From Macrostomum lignano (lineage: Eukaryota), in NCBI GenBank assembly GCA_002269645.1, contig NIVC01001150.1, positions 136,422-200,421 on the forward strand: a stretch of 64,000 nucleotides of DNA, in the 5' to 3' direction. The notes beneath the pieces are model-generated. The model did not search any database and had not been told where the DNA came from. It was given only the letters and a program-made list of their open reading frames with translations. Each line of letters starts with the position of its first letter. The stretch's first letter is position 1. This document shows positions 1-11,900 of the stretch, in pieces. A program made the position numbers and the translations under genes.

Positions 1-174
1 TCACGAAAGTGTATAATATCTAATATATAGCCGTGGAGCCAGTATCCCCGCTTCATCGAAAATACGAGTATTTTAAAAGCTTAGCAGTACCGAATTTTGA
101 CTTGAAAAACATGAGAAAAATATAATTCTGCGAGTACCAGCCCTCCCTAAGGCACTCCTGAATGCCACCCACAG

Positions 175-302
175 CTCGGCACACCGTGGTGGGCATCACC
201 TCCTTCGGCAACGGATGCGCCGAGCCCAACTCGCCGGGAGTGTACACCCACGTGCCGTACTTCAGGAACTGGATTGACAAGACCATCGCGGACAACTCGT
301 GA
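175..302 (+). CDS. Terminal exon of a trypsin-like (S1A) serine protease; upstream exons lie before the window
   Basis: After acceptor ccacag (171-174) reads [41 protein letters not shown], the typical S1 C-terminus (GxxSxGxGC...PGVYT.V..F..WI). Too short for the ORF track. Confidence 0.9.
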
Positions 303-1250
303 ACCAGCCGAACCCAGCTGCCGTTCAGCGATTGGATTGGATGAAGTTGATGCACATTGTACTGCACATTATACCTTTTAGGCTAGTCTGTACTCATATG
401 TGTTCTCATTAGCTTGATAGAACTCCGCTTTTTCAATTGGGGAAACGCCAAGCAAGGAAGACTCAAGCAGGCAGATGGGATGCTTAGTTTCTTTAGAAAA
501 CTTTTGAAGGCTGAAAGCTGACCGAGATGGGAAAGTCCAACACAAAAATACCGAGTTTCTTGTTGAAATCGGATAAAAACTTTTAACATGACCTGCCTGT
601 CTGTATTTTGCACTGAAATGTCTGGCAATGAATTGAATTTTTACATATCTGAAAACAAACGGGCATTGAAATGCATATTGAAGACATGCAGAACTTGCTT
701 TAGAAGGAACCAAAATAAAAGATCATGCCGTGATATTTTAAGAGTTCATTTGGTTTAGGGCATGTCTGGAATTCACACAAATTCTTTACATGCATATGCA
801 AGTCAGGTTTAAAGATGAGCATTTGAGTTGATCTGATTTCAATAAAAAAACTATACTTGTTTTCGTGTTAAAAGCTTGTAAAAAGCTGGAAACTTGCTAA
901 TCTTAATGCATAAATGCATTTTGATATGTTTGAATTGCAGTTCAAGATAACTTGGGAAATTTCTTGTCTGCATTGCGCTATCTATGCGAAGAAAAATTGA
1001 ATCCGGAATTCTCTTAGTTAACTGAGAAGAAAAATGCACTTGGCTTGGCAGTTCTACCATTGACGTCAGTTTAACACTGGATTGCCCAGCAAAGCATGTA
1101 CGAGAATGCCGCGCTTCATACTACTACTTAATAGCGGCTTGATGTGTGCATGAATTCGCATCAATTCAAATACAAACTCTGAATCAGCTCGATGTCATTC
1201 GGCTGCTGGCTTCTGGAATAGAGACTGAAATTGTGCCCGTGCCTCTGACT

Positions 1251-4200
1251 GGTCACTGGGTTTGGTCACAGTGTTTGCATTCAGATTGGTCACTAGGTTT
1301 GGTCACAGTGTTTGCATTCAGATTGGTCACAGCGTTTGCATTCAGATTGGTCACAGCGTTTGCATTCAGATTGGTCACAGCGTTTGCATTCAGATTGGTC
1401 ACAGCGTTTGCATTCAGATTGGTCACAGGTTTGGTCACAGTGTTTGCATTCAGATCGGTCACTGGTTTGGTCACAGTGTTTGTTTGCATTCAGATTTGTC
1501 ACAGGGTTTGGTCACAGTGTTTGCATTCAGATCGGTCACTGGGTTTGGTCACAGTGTTTGCATTCAGATTGGTCACTGGGTTTGGTCACAGTGTTTGCAT
1601 TCAGATTGGTCACTGGGTTTAGTCACAGTGTTTGCATTCAGATTGGTCACTGGCCGGGTTTGGTCACAGTGTTTGCATTCAGATTGGTCACTGGGTTTGG
1701 TCACAGTGTTTGCATTCAGATTGGTCACTGGGTTTGGTCACAGTGTTTGCATTCAGATTGGTCACTGGGTTTGGTCACAATGTTTGCATTCAGATTGGTC
1801 ACTGGGTTTGGTCACAGTGTTTGCATTCAGATTGGTCACTGGCCGGGGTTTGGTCACAGTGTTTGCATTCAGATTGGTCACTGGGTTTGGTCACAGTGTT
1901 TGCATTCAGATTGGTCACTGGGTTTGGTCACAGTGTTTGCATTCAGATTGGTCACTGGGTTTGGTCACAATGTTTGCATTCAGATTGGTCACTGGGTTTG
2001 GTCACAGTGTTTGCATTCAGATTTGTCACTGGGTTTGGTCACAGTGTTTGCATTCAGATTGGTCACTGGGTTTGGTCACAGTGTTTGCATTCAGATTGGT
2101 CACTGGGTTTGGTCACAGTGTTTGCATTCAGATTGGTCACTGGGTTTGGTCACAGTGTTTGCATTCAGATTGGTCACTGGGTTTGGTCACAGTGTTTGCA
2201 TTCAGATTGGTCACTGGGTTTGGTCACAGTGTTTGCATTCAGATCGGTCACTGGGTTTGGTCACAGTGTTTGCATTCAGATTGGTCACTGGCCGGGGTTT
2301 GGTCACAGTGTTTGCATTCAGATTGGTCACTGGGTTTGGTCACAGTGTTTGCATTCAGATTGGTCACTGGGTTTGGTCACAGTGTTTGCATTCAGATTGG
2401 TCACTGGCCGGGGTTTGGTCACAGTGTTTGCATTCAGATTGGTCACTGGGTTTGGTCACAGTGTTTGCATTCAGATTTGTCACTGGGTTTGGTCACAGTG
2501 TTTGCATTCAGATTGGTCACTGGGTTTGGTCACAGTGTTTGCATTCAGATCGGTCACTGGGTTTGGTCACAGTGTTTGCATTCAGATTGGTCACTGGGTT
2601 TGGTCACAGTGTTTGCATTCATATCGGTCACTGGGTTTGGTCACAGTGTTTGCATTCAGATTGGTCACTGGGTTTGGTCACAGTGTTTGCATTCAGATTG
2701 GTCACTGGGTTTGGTCACAGTGTTTGCATTCATATCGGTCACTGGGTTTGGTCACAGTGTTTGCATTCAGATTGGTCACTGGGTTTGGTCACAGTGTTTG
2801 CATTCATATCGGTCACTGGGTTTGGTCACAGTGTTTGTACTCAGATTGGTCACAGTGTTTGCATTCAGATTTGTCACTGGTTTGCATTCAGATTGGTCAC
2901 TGGGTTTGCATTCAGATTGGTCACAGTGTTTGCATTCAGATTTGTCACTGGGTTTGCATTCAGATTGGTCACTGGGTTTGCATTCAGATTGGTCACTGGT
3001 TTGCATTCAGATTGGTCACTGGGTTTGCATTCAGATTGGTCACTGGGTTTGCATTCAGATTGGTCACAGTGTTTGCATTTAGATTTGTCACTGGGTTTGC
3101 ATTCAGATTGGTCACTGGTTTGCATTCAGATTGGTCACTGGTTTGCTTTCAGATTGGTCACTGGTTTGCATTCAGATTGGTCACAGTGTTTGCATTCAGA
3201 TTGGTCACAGTGTTTGCATTCAGATTTGTCACTGAGTTTGCATTCAGATTGGTCACTGGGTTTGCATTCAGATTGGTCACTGGTTTGCATTCAGATTGGT
3301 TACAGTGTTTGCATTCAGATTTGTCACTGGGTTTGCATTCAGATTGGTCACTGGTTTGCATTCAGATTGGTCACTGGGTTTGGTCAGTGCTTGCATTCAG
3401 ATTGGTCACTGGTTTGGTCACAGTGTTTGCATTCAGATTGGTCACTGGGTTTGGTCACAGTGTTTGCATTCAGATTGGTCACTGGGTTTGGTCACATTGT
3501 TTGCATTCAGATCGGTCACTGGGTTTGGTCACAGTGTTTGCATTCAGATCGGTCACTGGGTTTGGTCACAGTGTTTGCATTCAGATTGGTCACTGGCCGG
3601 GGTTTGGTCACAGTGTTTGCATTCAGATTGGTCACTGGGTTTGGTCACAGTGTTTGCATTCAGATCGGTCACTGGGTTTGGTCACAGTGTTTGCATTCAG
3701 ATCGGTCACTGGGTTTGGTCACAGTGTTTGCATTCAGATTGGTCACTGGGTTTGGTCAGTGCTTGCATTCAGATTGGTCACTGGGTTTGGTCACAGTGTT
3801 TGCATTCAGATTGGTCACTGGGTTTGGTCACAGTGTTTGCATTCAGATTGGTCACTGGGTTTGGTCACATTGTTTGCATTCAGATCGGTCACTGGGTTTG
3901 GTCACAGTGTTTGCATTCAGATCGGTCACTGGGTTTGGTCACAGTGTTTGCATTCAGATTGGTCACTGGCCGGGGTTTGGTCACAGTGTTTGCATTCAGA
4001 TTGGTCACTGGGTTTGGTCACAGTGTTTGCATTCAGATCGGTCACTGGGTTTGGTCACAGTGTTTGCATTCAGATTGGTCACTGGGTTTGGTCACAGTGT
4101 TTGCATTCAGATTGGTCACTGGGTTTGGTCACAGTGTTTGCATTCAGATCGGTCACTGGGTTTGGTCACAGTGTTTGCATTCAGATTGGTCACTGGGTTT

Positions 4201-4676
4201 GGTCACAGTGTTTGTACTCAGATTGGTCACAGTGTTTGCATTCAGATCGGTCACTGGGTTTGGTCACAGTGTTTGCATTCAGATTGGTCACTGGCCGGGG
4301 TTTGGTCACAGTGTTTGCATTCAGATTGGTCACTGGGTTTGGTCACAGTGTTTGCATTCAGATCGGTCACTGGGTTTGGTCACAGTGTTTGCATTCAGAT
4401 CGGTCACTGGGTTTGGTCACAGTGTTTGCATTCAGATTGGTCACTGGGTTTGGTCACAGTGTTTGCATTCAGATCGGTCACTGGGTTTGGTCACAGTGTT
4501 TGCATTCAGATTGGTCACTGGGTTTGGTCACAGTGTTTGCATTCAGATTTGTCACTGGGTTTGGTCACAGTGTTTGCATTCAGATTGGTCACTGGGTTTG
4601 GTCACAGTGTTTGCATTCAGATTGGTCACTGGGTTTGGTCACAGTGTTTGCATTCAGATTGGTCACTGGGTTTGGC
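1251..4676. repeat. 37-bp minisatellite GGTCACTGGGTTTGGTCACAGTGTTTGCATTCAGATT, ~90 unit equivalents, with 23-24-bp deletion derivatives
   Basis: Directly visible tandem array between the convergent protease and GST genes. Confidence 0.98.
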
Positions 4677-4931
4677 CAATCGACCGATTCAGTTTCCAGG
4701 CCTTCACCAATGCAGGGTAAGCGAGAGAGTTGCTGTAAGCCTCATATCCACCAGCACGCAATATGGAGGCTAAAAGTTGAAAAAATGAGAAGATGGAGGA
4801 CAAACGCCTGCTGATTTCGATGCTAAACTGCAGCAGAAAGAAATTTATTGTGAAAGAACGGCGCCGCAAAAATCAAAGTGAATTTCTTCAAAAATTGGAA
4901 CTTTTTGATCTGACAAGCTACATGCTACACT

Positions 4932-5093
4932 GCGGACCGCTGCGGGGAATCAGTGGGGAATTGCTGATAGCACTGGCGGACCGCTGCGGGGAATCAGTGG
5001 GGAATTGCTGATAGCACTAGCGGACCGCTGCGGGGAATCAGTGGGGAATTGCTGATAGCACTGGCGGACCGCTGCGGGGAATCAGTGTGGAAT
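4932..5093. repeat. 44-bp tandem repeat, ~3.6 copies
   Basis: GCGGACCGCTG recurs at 4932, 4976, 5020 and 5064. Confidence 0.95.
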
Positions 5094-5222
5094 CGCAAAT
5101 GCGGCACACCAAGGCATCAGTAACAATTAGATGAGCAGCAGCAGATCGGCCTGCAGCTCAGGCACTGCGGAAAAGATTTCTCTCGCTAGAAATGATCGAG
5201 CTCTCAGTCCAAGGGGCGGCAG

Positions 5223-5628
5223 GCGCTGCCAGCTACTGAATCAAATTGTTTGCAAAAGGTCATCTGTCTGCAACTCAGAGGCGCTGCCAGCTACTGAATC
5301 AAATTGTTTGCAAAAGGTCATCTGTCTGCAACTCAGAGGCGCTGCCAGCTACTGAATCAAATTGTTTGCAAAAGGTCATCTGTCTGCAACTCAGAGGCGC
5401 TGCCAGCTACTGAATCAAATTGTTTGCAAAAGGTCATCTGTCTGCAACTCAGAGGCGCTGCCAGCTACTGAATCAAATTGTTTGCAAAAGGTCATCTGTC
5501 TGCAACTCAGAGGCGCTGCCAGCTACTGAATCAAATTGTTTGCAAAAGGTCATCTGTCTGCAACTCAGAGGCGCTGCCAGCTACTGAATCAAATTGTTTG
5601 CAAAAGGTCATCTGTCTGCAACTCAGAG
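5223..5628. repeat. 58-bp tandem repeat, 7 near-identical copies, just downstream of the GST stop
   Basis: Unit GCGCTGCCAGCTACTGAATCAAATTGTTTGCAAAAGGTCATCTGTCTGCAACTCAGAG starts at 5223, 5281, 5339, ... 5571. Confidence 0.97.
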
Positions 5629-5643
5629 GACCGCCGGGCCAGC

Positions 5644-6610
5644 TCAGATGCGGGGTGCGGGGCCGCCACCGGAGCCCGTGTCCAACTGCCTGGAGTTGTA
5701 GCGGTCCCGCACCATGTAGAGAATCCGGTGAGCCTCTTCAAAGTGCGGCGCCAGGTCAGCCTTGACGCGGCCCATCCAGGCCAGCAGGCGCGGGTGCGAC
5801 TCGGCGCTGTAGCTGAAGCCGCAGGCGGTTGGCTGCTCGAGCTCGCAGGCCGCCAGCAGATCGCGATGCTAATCCGGTCCGCCGCCAGGTACGGCGTGTC
5901 TCGGAGGAAAAAATTCTCCAGGTGGTCGAGCGTGCCAGCCAGCTCCTGTGAGAGGTGGTGGATCGAATTAATTGGCGGCGATTCAATTCTAAGAAGGCAA
6001 CACGCCTGAGGTGAGATGCCAGAAAGTCGATACCTGGGGTGATTTTTAGAAAACCTGAGCTAAGATTTCAAAAAAGCGACACCAGATGTAGGATTTCTAA
6101 GAAAGTGTCACGAAAGCAACACCTTCCCCGGGGTTAGATTTCTAGAAAAGGGACACCTGAGGTGAGATTTGTAAGAAACCCGATGTGGGATTTCTATGAA
6201 AGCGACACCTAAGGTGAGATTTCTAGGAAAGTGATGACACTCGCGTGAGAGTATATGAAAAAGACACCTTGGGTGAGATTCTAGGACGCTGGCAAAATAA
6301 GATCTCACCTGCCGATAGAAGTCAGCCCGCTGCTGGTCCACAGGTTGGCCAGTGGCGCGAGGCCGGATGACGAGAGTCTGGAACAGCAGCGCGGCATTCA
6401 GCCGGGTGTTGAGATGCTGCCAATCCAGATACTGGTCAATGCGAGCCCTGGCCTGCAGATCCTTTGGGTACCAGTGGTCTGGACAGGGGAAGCGGCGACA
6501 CAGATAGCGCAGGATGGCAGCGCTCTCAGACAGGCAGAAGCCGCTGTCCTCGATGGCTGGGACTCGCTGGAAATGGTTCACCTGACGAAATTCGTCAGTC
6601 AGGTGTGCAC
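5644..6610 (-). CDS. GSTT: Theta-class glutathione S-transferase; exons 6610-6309 and 5945-5644, with an apparent 1-bp deletion at ~5862; first exon not found (possible pseudogene or assembly error)
   Basis: AHLTDEFRQVNHFQRVPAIEDSGFCLSESAAILRYL...ARIDQYLDWQHLNTR, then ELAGTLDHLENFFLRDTPYLAADRISIA/DLLAACELEQP...LLAWMGRVKADLAPHFEEAH. Splice sites ctgcag|, |gtgaga, cacag|. Last exon is 302 nt, not a multiple of 3. Confidence 0.85.
5995..6308. repeat. Degenerate ~29-bp repeat (GACACCTGAGGTGAGATTTCTAGAAA) filling the GST intron
   Basis: Recurring CACCT(G/A)AGGTGAGATT(T)CTAG motifs across the intron. Confidence 0.7.
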
Positions 6611-8579
6611 CTGCAGAGATTGATTGAGATGAGCTTGCTAGATTTTATGGACTTGGACTCATTCTTATTTTTTATCATACTCATAAACATAAAAGAAAAC
6701 TGATTATAGAAGCTTGGTTTCTTTCTGAGAACTGAAAGGCCATTGGGCTAAAACTGTGGTGTTGAGGTATGTCATTTTTTTAAATAGTAAAATAGTTAGG
6801 GAATTTCAATACACTTTAATTGTTATTCAGAAGTAAGCATTTAGACAAATCAAACTCATACTATTTATATCTTTTATCCTGGTATAACTGTGCCCCAAAA
6901 CCTAGTGTAATGCTAGCATCTATGGTTAGCAAGTGTCTAGCCTGTCTATTCATCTATAATTTGTCTTTTTTTAGTGAAAAGGAAAGGATCTTTAGTGAAA
7001 GTTCCAAGGATGGAGTGCTATTTATTATCTGCATTGATAAAATTTAAAATGTAAATAACTTTGATTTGAAAAGCTATGCAAGTAAATGAGAAAATGTGCC
7101 AAAACTATGTATAGGAAAGAATAGGAAAGAATTTGAGATTCGATTTTAAAGCTGTATACGAATAATACACATTGAATGCAAAGCAAGCATAATAAAATAC
7201 ACCACCTACTTACGCCGACGAAGATCAATTAAAACAGGTGTGTGTTCAATAGAATTTTTCTTTAGAAAAAGCAAAACTGCTCTAGCAGGCTGGGACATTA
7301 GATCATAATATACTTTAAGACTCATTGTTTTTATTTTGCCTGTTCTTTATATATTTATCAAAAATCGCACTGTCTGATTTAATTGCTAATCGTTAACTGT
7401 TACTTAACTTCATCAGCTCATAATGAGGGTGTCTTAGAATTTTCAGTTTTTGAATAAAAACAGAATGAACAAAACAGTTTTACTAAAACAGAATCCAGCG
7501 GTAAATGTTGTTTCTAAATATAAAAATTGAATTTTATAAATATATGTGCTTCAAAAAATACATTATTTATATTATTTGCCTCTGGAAGGTACGCTTTTAA
7601 AATGTAAAACTGGGAGTATAAGTTTGAGTTACCGCGCGTGCGCATGATCCACGATAATTGCTAACTGGATCTTACTCGTTAAGCTGTCCTGTAAGGGAAG
7701 GTTATTGACAAGGTTCCAGTTAATAATAGTTTGCTCTGAACAACTGCAATGGCGTCGCATATGAAGCAAGTTAATTAAAAGCTCTGTAGTAGACGACTCT
7801 TGAATTTGTATCATGGAAAGTAAATTGTATAAAATTAGGATTGTTTTTTATTTAATATTTGTCTACACCATAAAACATCATTAAAGTCATTCTTCTTTTG
7901 TTTTCATAAGCTATCTAACAGCTATTTATTACTATATAAGCAAATAAGAGCAGTGTAACTGTAACCAAAATTGATTTTTAAAATGAAAACTAGGCTCAAC
8001 AGATTTTGCATAACTTGCACTGAACTGATAGGAAATTGTTTTTTGTATTTGTATTTGGTTGGTTTTTGTTTTAGGTACATTAGCAGTGTTATGAAATAGG
8101 AGCTTTTAACTTAATTTTTATTCAATACATCCATTATTCAATAAATCATTTTAGTTAACTTGTTAAGCTTTATTTTTTCACTTTAATCAATAGTGTATAT
8201 AAGTAATATTTTTTTATATTATAGTATATTCTATATATGGTTTAATGTTAGTATTGGGTATATAGATTTTTTAACAATATTTTTTATAGCAAAAATATAT
8301 CTCAATTCTTACAATTTAATGTTAAATATGGACTCTCAACTAAAGTTTATTTTTGACATTATTTGCTAACATTTTTATGTTTTTAAGCTTAAATGATAGC
8401 TGAAAAAAAGAATAAAAGGAAAATAAATAATGTTTTCATTGTTCTAAACTAGTGTATTATAATTTAAATAAAATATGTTATTGTCTCAAATGTATTGTTT
8501 TATAGACATTATTATTATGACAAACAACAAATTGATTGCTATTTGTCATGCATGCTCCCTTGAGCCCAGATAATTCTCT

Positions 8580-8984
8580 ATGGCTAGCCAGATGTTTCAA
8601 CTAGCAGCCTCGCTGCTCCTGTCTTTACTGATTGCTTCTGCCCTCCTGCCAGCCAGTGCTGAGGAAAAGAAGGCTGAGGATGCCAGCAAGAAGACTGAGA
8701 AGAAGGACATTGGTCCAGTGATTGGCATTGACCTGGGCACCACCTACTCCTGTGTGGGCATCTTCAAGAATGGCCGTGTGGAGATCCTGCCCAATGACCA
8801 GGGCAACCGCATCACGCCCAGCTATGTGGCCTTCACGCAGGACGGTGAGCGCCTGGTGGGCGATGCGGCCAAGAACCAGCTGACCACCAACCCGGAGAAC
8901 ACTGTCTTCGACGCCAAGCGCATCATTGGCCGCGTGTGGACCGACTCCTCCATTCAGCACGACATCAAGTACTTCCCGTTCAAG
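8580..8984 (+). CDS. HSPA5: BiP exon 1
   Basis: ATG...YFPFK|gtagct. Confidence 0.93.
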
Positions 8985-11900
8985 GTAGCTTTGCTGGGCG
9001 AAAATACATCGGTTGGGGTTTTAGCTATGTGGGGTCACAGCCGATGGGGCATTTCTGTCACTCTCCAACCGGTGCACATGTGTGTACAGCCACCCTGACA
9101 CTTACATTGAGGGAGTCGGCCATCAGAGGCGCTAGGTTACACAAACGTTTGCAGATGAGGCACAGAGCTGGTTTGTTGTCTTTGATTTTGACACTCGGCC
9201 GTGAAATCGCAGGTGACCGAGAAGGACGGCAAGCCTTTCATCGGCGTGAAGGTCGGCGGCGAGAACAAAGAGTTCGCGCCCGAGGAGATCTCCGCCATGG
9301 TGCTGGGCAAGATGCGCGACATCGCCGAAAGTTACCTGGGCCGCAAGGTGGAGAACGCGGTGATCACCGTGCCCGCCTACTTCAACGATGCCCAGCGACA
9401 GGCCACGAAGAACGCTGGCACCATCGCCGGCCTCAACGTGCTGCGCATCATCAACGAGCCCACGGCCGCCGCCATCGCCTACGGCCTCGACAAGAAGGAG
9501 GGCGGCGAGCGTCACATCCTCGTGTTCGACCTGGGCGGCGGCACCTTCGATGTCTCTCTGCTGACCATCGACAACGGCGTGTTCGAGGTGATCGCCACCA
9601 ACGGCGACACTCACCTGGGCGGCGAGGACTTCGACCAGCGCGTCATCCGCTACTTTGTGGATCTGTACAAGAAGAAGACCGGCAAGGACTTGTCCAAGGA
9701 CCAGCGCGCCATCCAGAAGCTGCGCCGCGAGGTCGAGAAGGCCAAGCGGGCGCTCAGCTCCGCCCACACCGCCCGCGTTGAGGTCGAGTCGCTGATCGAC
9801 GGCGAGGACTTCAGCGAGTCGCTGACCCGCGCCAAGTTCGAGGAGCTCAACGCTGACCTGTTCAAGTCAACCATCGTGCCAGTCAGCAAGGTGCTGAAGG
9901 ACGCCAACCTGAAGAAGGAGGACATCACCGAGGTTGTGCTGGTCGGCGGCTCCACCCGCATCCCGAAGGTGCAGCAGCTGGTGAAGGACTACTTCAACGG
10001 CAAGGCGCCCCACACCGGCATCAACCCAGACGAGGCCATCGCCTATGGGGCCGCCGTCCAGGCCGGCGTGTTGGCAGGAGACGACAGCACCGGCGAATTC
10101 CTGCTGCTTGACGTCTGCCCGCTCACGCTGGGTCAGTTGGGGTAGCAGTGAAATCCCACTGGCCTGTTCCCCTTGGCCCTGCTAACCTCCCCACCTGCAG
10201 GCTTGGATGAGGATCTGTTTCCCCTCAGCCCTGTTACTCTATAAATGCGCCACCCTTCCCCACCTGCAGGCATGGAGATCGAAGGCGGCGTCATGGCCAA
10301 GCTGATCAACCGCAACACGCCGATCCCCACCAAGAAGCGGGACATTTTCACCACCGTGGATGACAACCAGGACACCGTGATGGTGGCCGTGTACGAGGGC
10401 GAGCGGGCCATGGCCTCCGACAATCACTTCCTGGGCCGCTTCGACCTCACCGGCATCCCGCCAGCTCCAAGGGGTGTCCCGCAGGTGGAGGTCACCTTTG
10501 AGATTGATGCCAACGGCATTCTGAAGGTGAGGCTGCCCGACTGAGCTGGTTTCAGCTATTCTCAGAGACCCTGTGAGATTGAGCAGTTCTCAGAGTTATC
10601 ACACAGACCCTGTGAGATTGAGCAGTTCTCAGAGTTATCACACAGACCCTGTGAGATTGAGCAGTTCTCAGAGTTATCACACAGACCCTGTGAGATTGAG
10701 CAGTTCTCAGAGTTATCACACAGACCCTGTGAGATTGAGCAGTTCTCAGAGTTATCACACAGACCCAAGTGTGAGATTCAGAGATTGAGCAGTTCTCAGA
10801 GTTAACTCCCAGACCCATTATTTGATTGATCTGTTTTCAGTGATACAACATATTTAAGAGTTAAACTCCAACCAGGCATACTCCTGGCATCTCAATCGTG
10901 AAACTTAACCAGAACTGCTTAGGCCTATTTTTCACTAGCAATGTTTGACAATCGCGTGGCGAACACGCGCGCCCGTGTTTGATCAGATCAGAGCAGTGAG
11001 AGCCAAAGAAATCCGCATTGCTTTTCCCGTTAGCAGTAAACTCTTGGGGTTCGGACTGTGAGTCAACACATTTTCAGCACATGTGAGCACCCGGCGCTGC
11101 CGAGACTCAATGCTCGCGGGTTTTCAAAGTTGAAGTTGTAACTTTTCTTTTGAAATTGCCCCCCCCCCATGGTCCTCTACACTGCATATGCTTGCCGTGC
11201 TGTGCTCAGCCACGGGCTGCTCAAACTGCTCATGCTGCCCCCCTTCACCCTGGCAGACTACTGCCAGTGAGGCGTCGGTGGGGAGGGCGAACTCCAATTG
11301 TGCATTGAACCAGCTGGCGGACAGGCTTGGGGGGCCTGGGGCTGCAGCTCGATGCAGTGCGACCTGCCCACAATGGGGGTGGCGTTGGCCCGCTGCTGAA
11401 TCATGCTCTCGGCTGCCCCTGAACTGTAGCGAGCGGCAGCAGCCCGGCCTGCCATGACGCGCTGAGGGTGTGGAGGGGCTGTTGGACACGTGCAGAACAG
11501 GAGTCAGTCATGGCATTGTGCGGAGGAGGGCCCCGTGACATGTGCCGGCCTTAGGGGTATTAGCGCTCTTAGCCCTCTAAACTCATCGCTTCTCCTAAGT
11601 CCATGTTTATTAATACTCTGGTCGCCTATTTACATTCGGTTTGAAAGAACTCTACTAGTGCCATTCTGCCAATGGCAATTCAGCTTATGGATGCTCCCGC
11701 TGCTGCGAATCAGTTTTATTTGAGTCCTTTGGGATAAAACTACTCGAACTTTACTGCGGCTTCCCCCCCCCCCAGTTTGCGAGCTCGTCGCGAGTTTCTC
11801 TTTTTTAACGGAGTTCTCCTCCCTTTTCTCGCGCCGCTGAGCAGGGAGGGTTATGGAGTATCGGGATAATTATTGAGAGCCCGGGGCGGCCGGGAGAACT

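Noticed and set aside
1146-4814. ORFs up to 1153 aa in all three plus frames
   Set aside because: They are translations of a stop-free 37-bp satellite, with no real start or domain content. The same applies to ORFs at 14220-15354, 30801-32530, 42099-42989 and 56108-56803.
7629-7814. Candidate first exon of the GST (phase-compatible donor a|gtaag)
   Set aside because: The translation lacks the theta-class SQPxRA motif and GC3 bias, and spacing to the next exon does not fit.
11100-11560. Possible decayed non-LTR retrotransposon 3' end on the minus strand in BiP intron 3
   Set aside because: Needs several frameshifts and gives only a vague resemblance; tblastx against Repbase would be required.
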